A stretch of DNA of 63,530 nucleotides from contig NW_021831875.1 of assembly GCF_006345805.1 (NCBI RefSeq), forward strand, positions 1-63,530. The letters are read 5' to 3'. This document shows, in pieces, positions 53,657 through 63,530 of the stretch. Numbering within the stretch: position 1 is the first letter of the stretch; every line of letters begins with the position of its first letter. The stretch is from Octopus sinensis (taxonomy: Eukaryota). The notes beneath the pieces were generated by a model, which saw nothing but the letters and a program-made list of their open reading frames with translations, did not search any database and was not told where the DNA came from. Made by a program: the position numbers and the translations under genes.

Positions 53657-53952
53657 AATATATTAAGTATAAGAAAGAATGGAGCTGAACGAAGATTTAA
53701 CAAAGTTCCTTTATTATTTTCGACATATGTTTCTATGGACTCCTAGTGAGCAGTCATCGAAAAACTTGCTGTGCATTTTGTTGGAGAATTAAGTTCCTGG
53801 GTTTTCCTGAAGATAAAGCTGCATAATGGACTCCTTATTCATTCGGAATTAGGGATTTTGCAGACTTCGAAACATATGTCGAAAATAAAATAAAGGAACT
53901 TTGTTAAATCTTCGTTCAGCTCCATTCTTCTTATACTTAATATATTAAATTA
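53651..53952 (+). repeat. PLE-type solo pseudo-LTR with inverted 5' segment (~83-bp inverted arms)
   Basis: 53651-53733 is the reverse complement of 53869-53952. Confidence 0.85.
53802..53885 (+). ncRNA. Minimal hammerhead ribozyme with extended stem II
   Basis: TTTTC-CTGAAGA-TAAAGCTGCA...TGCAGACTTC-GAAA-CATATG-TC-GAAAA; palindromic stem III. Confidence 0.75.
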
Positions 53953-54087
53953 GACTTCAAACTTCCGCACTAAGGCACGGATTTTATGCCCTATGGTCGT
54001 AACTTCAACCGTGCTTTTTGTTGTGAGTTTGCTATCCAGGTATCAGTTATCTTTCGAATTATCCGTAATAAGATAATTCATTTGTCT

Positions 54088-54136
<49 letters not shown>

Positions 54137-54139
54137 TGT

Positions 54140-54400
54140 ATAATTATAAACATAATTATAATTAGGGGTCAGCTAATTGCTTCACCACGTACTGGATTTA
54201 TAAATAGGATTTAAAATTCCTTTTCTGCTAATCTGAGTCGTGTGGATTCATTATTTTTCTTTTTTGCTTACGTAAAAAATTGTGCTACTGTCTGAGAGAT
54301 CTTTATGGTAGTAGAAAAGGAATTTTAACTCCTATTTCTAAATTCGGTGCGTGGTGAAGCAATTAGCTGACCACTAGTTATAATCATGTTTATTATTATA
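54140..54400. mobile_element. MITE-like element with ~85-bp imperfect TIRs
   Basis: ggtcagctaattgcttcaccacgtac...aaaattccttttctgcta and tagtagaaaaggaatttt...gcgtggtgaagcaattagctgacc. Confidence 0.75.
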
Positions 54401-54616
54401 GAATATTTGTAAAATTTTACCTAAAAGGTATTTTAATGTACCGATCTATTTGGTAAAAGTATTAATTATTAATATTTAAATCAAATTTTAAATATTAATT
54501 ATTAATATTTAAATCAAATTTTAAATGCTGAAGTGAAACTAACTTTTTTTAAATGTGTTTCTAAATGGCTTATAAACACCTTCTGCGCTATATAGTATAT
54601 ATATATATTATATATA

Positions 54617-54672
<56 letters not shown>

Positions 54673-54754
54673 ATAAATAAATAAATATATATATATATAT
54701 TTCGTTTTGGATTTGGTTGCAAGATTCTTTATATGAGTTCATGTGTTGAAGCAT

Positions 54755-55550
54755 ATTCTGTTGTGTCTGGGGAGAGTCATTCTCTTTTAGTGCCTTATAT
54801 TTACACACACTCACCGGTAGAAATTCCACTTTTTTTTCTTATTTTTATTTTCTAAAAGTTTCGTTGCGTCTTGCAACCTTTTGACTCTGTCCGTTATTTT
54901 GACTGTCCGTTATTTACACTGCGTTCCCTTTTGTTTGTTTGTGCACATGTCTGTGGGTTAGTGTTTGTGTCTGTGTGCCTATACATGCATGCATGTACGT
55001 ATGTCTGTGTGTGTTTGCATGTGGAGACTCGCATCAACACATATAAAGATGCACATCCATACAGACAAACATGGTACATAGTTACATAACATGCACACAC
55101 ACATATATGCACACACAAGGAGACAGAGGTGCATACATATACAAACACATGCTCACACACACATACATAAAAAATACACAAACACAGACAGGCAAGCACA
55201 TAAATATGCAGGATTCGAACATACAGATGCACACACATACATACATATATACATATGCATACACACACATATACATACGCATGCAATCACACACATACAT
55301 ACGTACATGCATGCATGTATAGGCACACACATACACAAACACTGACCCACACACATGTGCACAAATAAGAAAAAAAACAGAAGGGAACGCAGTGTAAATA
55401 ACGGACAGAGTCAAAACTATTGAAAAGGTTGCAAGACGCAAAGAAAATTTTAGAAAATAAAAATAAGAAAAAAAGTGGAAATTTTACCGGTGAGTGTGTT
55501 AAATAATAAGGCACAAAAAGAAAATGACTTGCCAGACAAAACAGAATATA
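54755..55550. repeat. Diverged inverted duplication (~265-bp arms) around a CA/TA-rich spacer
   Basis: 54755-55020 versus the reverse complement of 55280-55550, with both substitutions and indels. Confidence 0.85.
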
Positions 55551-56562
55551 TATACATACTGTATATATATATATATATATTATATATATATGTATATATT
55601 TATATATACATATGTACATATAAATATATTGTACATATATATGTGTGTATGTATATAAGAATATATATATACACACACATATATATATATGTATATATAT
55701 ATACAAATATATGTATATGTATATATATATTTATATATATATGTAGGTGTATCTAGACATATTGATATATACATATATACACAAACATATATATGTTTGT
55801 ACATACGCATAATACATATATGTGTATATACTTAAGTATCTACATTTAAGTATATGTATATGTACAAGTGTATGTATAAGTATATGTGTATGTATATATA
55901 TATATATATGCGTATATATGTGAGTGCGTGCGTGCGTGTGTGTGTACGCGCGCCGCGTTTCATATTTGAATTGTTTCAAACAAAACTCATTCTTCACATG
56001 TTATCATCTTTCACCTGCGTTCCTATATCAATCTATCCACCTTTCTCACAGTCTACACGTGATCCTCCTCTTATATCTTACCCTCTTACTATTAGCTTCT
56101 ATCTATCTATCTATCTCTCCATTCCCTCCCCTTCCTCTCTCTCACCCTCTCTCTTTCTTTTGTATCCCTTCATCTTTGCACGTAGCCTTTCCTTCTCTTT
56201 TTCTCTAGAGCGTGTTAGAACGGTGAAATAAATTACGGGACTAGATATCAAATTATGATAAATGACTACTTGAATGTATTTCAAATGGATTTAAGGCTTT
56301 GTATGTAGACATTTTGAAATGATATTAAAGGTAAATGGATCTCAGATTGAATGTATCCGTGTGATTACTACTAATTCCGAATCATATAATTACTCATGTG
56401 TTCGGTATTAATGAATCTGCATGTGGTCTCTCTCTGAGTAATTATCACTTTTGTGGCGGCAAACAAGTGAAATTAAACGAAAATAAATTAAATGGTATGG
56501 GTTTCTTGGTGTATGTGTGTATATATGTAACAATATACATACCTACATACTTACATGCTTAC

Positions 56563-56596
<34 letters not shown>

Positions 56597-56903
56597 CATA
56601 AAAATACACAAATATTCACATACACATTTAGACGCACACTAACTTAAATAGATAGCTAAACACATACATTTATATTTACATACAAATAAGCATATATAAT
56701 ACATATATGTGTATGTATATGTTTGTGTGTGTAAGTGTGCGTGGTTTATGAATATAAAAACTTACACACGCCTACACACACACACTCACACACATATATA
56801 TGAATGTGTATATGTATATATTAATATTAATTTCGAATACATTACATTGTATGTGAATGTGCACGAGTATATACAGATCAGTATATGCATATATATATAC
56901 ATG

Positions 56904-56960
<57 letters not shown>

Positions 56961-57005
56961 ATATATATATATATTATATATATATATATATATAATATAT
57001 ATATA

Positions 57006-57058
<53 letters not shown>

Positions 57059-57064
57059 ATACTC

Positions 57065-60000
57065 AAAATAAGCAACAAGAATGATTCTGGTAATTTGGTT
57101 CGATCGTTTCGTACTACATCATTTTATTAAATGTTGTAACAATTACAACAGTTTAAAATGCTGAGTACTCATCAGCCAATTATAGAGGTTTTCCATTAAT
57201 ACAAAAATTCTCATATCCAGTAGCAATATTATAGAGAAAGTAGATACATAGTCAAAGATGTGGATTTAAATTTTAAGAACATTTGATGTAGTGGAGCTCA
57301 TCAAACTGACTGACTAAGATTCAGTTATTTCAAACTACTTTAAGGTTCTGAGAATGAAGAACAAGTGAGAGGAGGCAATAAAGATTTTCTAATTATAGAA
57401 ATGGGGTAAAGGGGATGTCATAGCTCCATATAAGGAATTTGTGTGGGAGACAGCTTTGTCACAACTAAATGCCAATTACTAATATTCGATGAACAGATTC
57501 AGCGTTAGGAGAACTAGGTCAATGTCAAATGGTCACAACAATATTCCCAGAGAATGCAGAGACCTTACAAACCATATACATATCATCACAACAGTATTGG
57601 AGAGCACTATAAAAAAGGAGAATTTAATTCTAAGTTTGTAATGAAGTTTTTTAATCATTTATGGGTGTTAAACTAAAACCAGTATGGAATATTCTTTCCT
57701 GTTTGGTCAAATATATTTTGTAAATATATCTTAGACTAATTATATATAAGAAATGGAAGTGAGGTAATCAAGGTGAACTGAATAGTTTCTTTATGGACAT
57801 AGGATTCATACTATTTAGTATTCCTACAATTTGGGATTCATGCTATTTAGGATTCCAACTATTTTGATTCATACAGTTTAATTTTAGAAAAAAGAATAAT
57901 TTAATTTTAAGTTTGTAGTAAAGTTATTTTAGTCATCTATAAATGTTAAATTGAAAGCTATTATGGTATATTCCTACTTATTTGGTTATAAAGAATTAAA
58001 ATCTGAAAAATATAGGAATAATCACAAAAATATTACTTAAAGTATTTAAACGTTCGGGTTGTACGATGTATACAGGATGCTCCCAGCTCCAAACGGTTAT
58101 TCAACAGATTTGTAGTACTCAAATTTTTTCAAATTTCATAAGTTTCCATAGAACAAATTTGACAACCATCCCTACTATTTCTATAAGGTTGCGCTCTTCT
58201 AACTATATCCCATTTTAGGTTGAATTCTATATTATTTGTTTTTAGTTCCCAAATTTTGCTAGATAATTTTGTGCAACCTGCCTTATGTTTGAGCCTAAAA
58301 GAGGAAAAATGATTGTTAAGACGTCTTTTAATATCCACCGAACAACCGAAATAAAGAAAGCTATTGTTTGAAGTTATTATCGTGCATTTATAAATCCCGT
58401 TTCGGACCGAACAACGGCCAGATACCGGACATTTTGATCTAATCCTACAATTACAACAGGGGGGATAGTGTCCGGTACTGGAATTATATAAGGATAGTTC
58501 ACTTCCATTACTGTTATTTAAATTATTGTTAGTATTAGTATTATTTTCACTATAGTAATTATGTTGTTATGCAAACTAGGGCTACTAATATTATTAATCC
58601 ATCATTCATTATTATCACCTACCATACTTTTATCTATACCAACTATATTATTGATATTGCTATTATCACTATTTACATCAATGTTGTTAGATTATATTAT
58701 TATTATATTATTATTATTATATTATTATTATTATTATTATTATCATTATTGCTATTTTTACAATTATTGTACTATCATTGTTGTTACTATTCATTCTACT
58801 CCTGGCTAACTTTGTTTTTACTATTAAGTCTAGCTATTATGGTAGCCATATTTGGGAGAGTGGAATATGAAATTCTCACTGATTTCCTAGAAATTATTTT
58901 ATGATATCTATGGGAGGCTGGAAAAATTTTTTTCCAGTATAGACATAAATTTACTGTACACATTCGTCGTGATCGCACAATTAAAGGTGATATTTAACCA
59001 GGTGACATATTCTCTTTTATGTTTTTGTTTAAGTAAGAGTGGGGAGGATTAGTGTTATCAGTAGTCAAACGAGAATTATTATTCCTTTTAGTATTATTTT
59101 TATGCCTATTGGGTTTATCTAGGTTAGCATTTTCATATTTATTTATGATCTGTTTACTATTTCTATTCTTATAATTAGGTTTATACACTAGGTTCTTTTA
59201 CTCTATTGATTTATGTTTATGTAGGGTATGAGAGTCTATATTACTTAAGTCATATACATTCACTACATTATTTAGGAGATTTAAGCTATCAATATCTAGG
59301 AAGGTGATTTCCTGGTCATATCCAGCCTTAGATAATGCAACATTATAATGATTAGAGTGAGAGTTAAAGATTTCACTATTTGATGATAATTTTGAAAGTC
59401 TTTGAGAAATATTTTAACTAATGATTTTAGTATGTTCGCGGGGGGGGGGGGGAGTGATTGGATGACTTATAGTAACTTCACCCTCCTTTCTAAATGAGTA
59501 ATATAACTTTGAATTTAAGTCTAAGGTAACATCTAGGAAGTTAACTATTTTGGTGTTAGGTTCATACGTAATTCCTAGGTTAAAATCTTTGAAAAATTTA
59601 CTAATTTTCTTTTTTATCCTCTCAATACTTGATTTATTGTTGCTAGGTCCAATAAACAAAGCATCATCCCTATATAGATCACCTTGTAATCCAGGGATAT
59701 CTCTGTTTATGCATTTTAATAAATATGCTCCTACCAGATTTGTTATCTCCGCAGAATCACTTGAGCCCATGGGTATATCAAAATTATTAGGGGTATCCGC
59801 CCTAGTCCATAATTTTCCTTCAAATTCGATGATAGTTTTTCTAGCTAATGGGTGATGTCAAATTCTTCCCTAGATATGAGAGAGGCGTTCTTAGCAAAAA
59901 TAAGTGATTTATTAAGTAGAATGGGGGATATTCTAGAATAGTAATTGTTAATGTCAAATTGGATACAAGAAATTCTATTAGTGTTATCTAGAGATTTAAA

Positions 60001-60600
60001 CCAATCTATTACTTCATCTGTATTAATCCATAGACTCAAGGGGAGATTAGGAATTATACGGGGTAGAATATTGTCCAAAAGAGATTTGCTAAGTCGGCCA
60101 ATGTCAGACTTATTTGGACATATGAGTCTTACTGAAGGGTTTTCGGAGAAAGTTTTCTTATAGTCCTTAAGATTGATCCTGGGTTCACGTGGTTTTAGAG
60201 GCTCCGTTCTATTTACCATAACATTTTTGATTTCTAAATTAATCTCTCTCAGGTTTTTCGTTGTTGTTACTTTATACCTTAAATTTAGTTCCTTTCTAAT
60301 GAGATTGCTGTAAGTTGCATAATCCATTCTGTAAAGGTTTCCAGTTTTGTTAGCTGGGACCAGGATGCCTTGTTTATCTTGAAGATATTTAATGAAATCC
60401 TTTAGATGTCTAAGGTGTGGATTATACCTTAGTGGATGTTCCTTGAACTTAATATTCGCGATAAGGTCCAGTAGATCCTTTTCAAAGCTTTCAAGAAATG
60501 GATTCGGAGGTGGGCTTTTCCTACTTCTAAGAATCTTTTTGTAGCGATTATTCAATTGTGTTAGTGAAGGTCTTCTTTCGGTTTGGTATCGTGGTGGTAA
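57065..60600 (-). mobile_element. Penelope-like element (Naiad-like), RT plus GIY-YIG pseudogene and 3' pseudo-LTR
   Basis: ANKTGNLY, INLKDYK...VRLICPNKSDIG, MGSSDSAEITNLVGAYLL and LYRDDAL. Then CNCRIRSKCPVSGRC..GIYKC..YFG..DIKRRLNNHFSSF..TKLSSKIWELK..CQIC..LNNRLEL..CIHR. Confidence 0.88.
57092..57181 (-). ncRNA. Hammerhead ribozyme with long branched stem II; cleavage-site U16.1 appears mutated to A
   Basis: AATTGG-CTGATGA-GTACT...AGTAC-GAAA-CGATCG-AA-CCAAATT. Confidence 0.75.
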
Positions 60601-60642
<42 letters not shown>

Positions 60643-60650
60643 TAATATCC

Positions 60651-60846
60651 GTAAAATAATATGTGACAATTATTCAATAGCCAAGATAAAACTCTGAGTT
60701 TCGGATGCCGAGGTGGAAATCCACAACACCATCTCATCGGTTATCTGGCCAGATAACCGAAGAGATGGTATTGTGGATTTCCACCTCGGCATCCGAAACT
60801 CAGAGTTTTATCTTGGCTATTGAATAATTGTCACATATTATTTTAC
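60651..60846. repeat. 196-bp near-perfect palindrome carrying one hammerhead motif per strand
   Basis: The centre is GG|CC at 60748/60749 and the arms differ by two substitutions. The family 3' tail continues to ~60915. Confidence 0.92.
60749..60817 (+). ncRNA. Hammerhead motif with U4C core (mirror copy at 60680-60748 on the minus strand)
   Basis: CCAGATAA-CCGAAGA-GATG...CATC-C-GAAA-CTCAGAG-TT-TTATCTTGG. Confidence 0.65.
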
Positions 60847-62134
60847 AGAATAAATTTCCTCTATTTACATAATATTGAGGTCTCTTTCTTTTGTTATCTT
60901 ACCGTTTTTACCAATATATATATATAATACAAAATGGGACAACAAAACATCCAGATAGACGATACAAGGAAAACAAGGATAGGTCATTCGAAGTTTTCTT
61001 TCCTCAGTCGAGTACCAGATTATCTTCGCAATTTCGGTTGATTATACTCGAGATTGTTCCAGTCTGGCCAGCCGCAAGGAAAAACTAAGCTCAGAGCATT
61101 AGATTCCTTGGAAGAAAGCAGCGAATGTATACAAAAACAAGGACGAAAAAACGGACAATGTTACGCAAATACAATAAAAATGATAACCGGACATAACAAC
61201 AGGTGTCTTTCGACTAAGGACGAATTAAATTAAACTGGCGTGTGTGGAAATGAAGACTTACGGCAGGGATACAAGATTTCACAGGGAGGAATATCGATGC
61301 TGCACAGACAACGGCCAGACCAAGAAAGAAAGATCAGGCTTGGCCGAACGCCGGTCACGTGGGCAAAGAGGAGAGAGAGGTAGATGTAGAGGGATAGATG
61401 AATTAAGGAGGGACAAGAAAAAGTGACAGGGACACAGTGAAGTGAAAAGTGGAGGGAAAGTGAGCAAGAAGAGAAGACAATGAAATGTGAGAGAGGGGGA
61501 ATAAAAGAACGAAGAGTGGAATGAACGAATAAGTGTGAAAGGGCTGTTAGACAGAAATAGAGTCGTACAAGATTTAGAAAAATGTATATGCGTATATACT
61601 AAGCAGGTGTGCGTGCGTGTATCTGTGTATGTATATAGATATGTGTCTGTATATATGTATATATATATCTATACATGTGTGTGTTCGTGTGTTGTGTATA
61701 GTCTTTATTCTTTTATGTGTTTCAGCTCAAAAGCAGTGGCCATGCTGGGGCACCTATTCAACAGTCATTCTTTTGTGATTGGCTTTTAGTGAAGGAAGGA
61801 GTTTGATGTTGCTGCCTTTTTTTGTTCCATAATTTAATAACATATTGTTTTTAAAACTTTTCATTTGTTTCTCCAGTAAGAGTCATTTTTAAATATCTTC
61901 CTTTTCCCGTTTATCTATTTATCGAACAGAAAGCAGATTGTGAAATTCTCTGTATCTGGCATAACGTACCTATGCAAGTATGGTTACGTAATGAAAGAAT
62001 TCCTTTTTCCAACTATGTCGTTATAGATTCGATGCCATTGCACATCTTCCTCTGTAAGCGTGTCGTAATATGGCCAATTAGATGAAAAAAAAATATGATG
62101 ATGATGTTTTTACCAAAGGGTCAACAATATTGAT

Positions 62135-62500
62135 GGGAGAGGCATGTCGATTGAATCGACCTCAGTTTTTGATCGTAATTTTGTATTATCGACTCCGAAA
62201 GGATGAAGGGTAAAGGAAACCTCGGCAGGAATTTTCTTCCTGTTTTTTTCGACGCTCTAACAATTCTGCCAGTACATTGCCTTTAAATGGTTTGTGATTG
62301 AGGCACAAAGTCAACAGTAGTTGGATGGGGGAGATGTAGTCGATAATATCCACACCAGTATTTCACGGATATATTACTCTATTGACCTCGGAGGGATGAA
62401 TGGCAAAGATAACTTTCGCAGAATTTGAACTAATAAAGAGCCGGAAGAGAATACCGCGTGGCAATTTTTCAAACGCTTTAACGTTTCCACCAGCCGCTGC
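62135..62500 (-). mobile_element. Two degenerate tRNA-SINE copies
   Basis: gactccgaaaggatgaaggg...ctcggcaggaattt and gacctcggagggatgaatggcaaag...gaatttgaact. Confidence 0.7.
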
Positions 62501-63530
62501 CTTACTGTAGAATTGATATCTTCTTTTTACGTTCACAATGGCTTGAAGTAGAGAAGAAATAGTATTTTTGTTGACTTTTGTTGACTTTTCTTAAGGATTA
62601 ATTTGTTACAACAGCTGTACTATATTTGAATATATTTCTTTAATATGATATATTTCGTCTACAGCAAAAGATTTATCTTGAGGATGATACAACAAAAGTT
62701 GTGGTATGTTTTAGAAAATATATGTTATCTTCTATTCAAAGATTTTTTTAATGAAGACTTTCTTTTTCATGAAAATAAAAGGACGTCATGACACTTATGT
62801 CCTATACTAATGACCATAAATGGAATCACTTCGTTGAAAATACGTTTATGATTGGTATTTACATTTTTAACTCCTGAAAGAAAAAAAAAACGTAACTAAA
62901 TGCTGCAAAACTTTATTCTTCCCCCTCTCTGACACAGATACATAGACACACACAAACACACGCATACACACACACACACACACACAAATATATATATGTG
63001 TGTGTATATGTATATGTATGAATATATATATTATTTATGCATATAAGTATATGTGTGTATGTGTGCATTTGTATACATATGCACACACAGGTAAATACAT
63101 ATATATGTGTTCAAATATATTATATATGTTTGTATGTTTGAGTGTATGCGTATGTTTGTTTATGTTTGTGCAGTGTGTATGAGTATGTGTGTGTGTGCCC
63201 GCTAGAGCCCGCGCGTGGAAGTGTGTGCATGTATGTATGCATAAATAGTTATGCTGTACAGATTTGACGTATGAACAAAGATACCCCAAAGTTAGCAAGA
63301 GAAGAGGAGAGATGTGAATAGCTCAGATACCACCCATATGTGCAGATGTTAAAGGGCATGGAATCTCCTCTCACTTTATCATGTATGGTTATAAATTAAG
63401 ACAGAAGGAAACCGAATATGTCAGTGCACATTATTAGAATTAAATATCATAAACAAACTTTGCACATGGCCTAAAATTCTAGCTTGCCAGGGTTGTAAGT
63501 GAAGGAATGGAAAATGGCATTTGGTCCGGT

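Noticed and set aside
54461-54526. 33-bp tandem duplication (and a ~27-bp one at ~33420-33472)
   Set aside because: Ordinary local slippage duplications with no further structure.
58050-58480. Selenocysteine codons in the Naiad-like ORF
   Set aside because: The conserved Cys positions are TGT, and the TGA at 58129-58131 is explained by a frameshift.
60985-61012. Minus-strand CTGAGGA-AAG(aaaa)CTT-CGAA hammerhead-like motif
   Set aside because: GAAA is incomplete and there is no convincing stem I or cleavage triplet.
61955-62075. Minus-strand candidate exon (cttacag|...|gtacgt)
   Set aside because: All three frames contain stops, and there is no other support.

Overview
AT-rich, microsatellite-dense eukaryotic genomic DNA. 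It is most likely an octopus (cephalopod), judged from recalled Octopus tRNA-SINE families and the repeat landscape; this is not database-checked. No host protein-coding gene can be supported; most listed ORFs are microsatellite read-through. The window is a graveyard of retroelements. It holds three Tx1/L1-clade LINE copies plus a 3' stub, from two subfamilies: one flanked by (GATA)n, the other by (AAT)n. It also holds a nearly full-length CR1-type LINE and an RTE 3' fragment ending in three C2H2 fingers, both embedded in (TATG)n. There are five Penelope-like (PLE) fragments from at least four families, including Neptune-like and Naiad-like ones, plus mariner/maT remnants, MITEs and many tRNA-SINEs. 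The least obvious layer is about ten hammerhead-ribozyme (HHR) motifs in PLE terminal repeats, several with non-canonical cores (U3-A8, U4C, A6U). One pair forms a 196-bp palindrome with an HHR on each strand, and PLE inversion junctions repeatedly fall inside the HHR. Two (AT)n-centred fold-backs differ only by indels and look like long-read artefacts. Repeat boundaries were estimated by eye.
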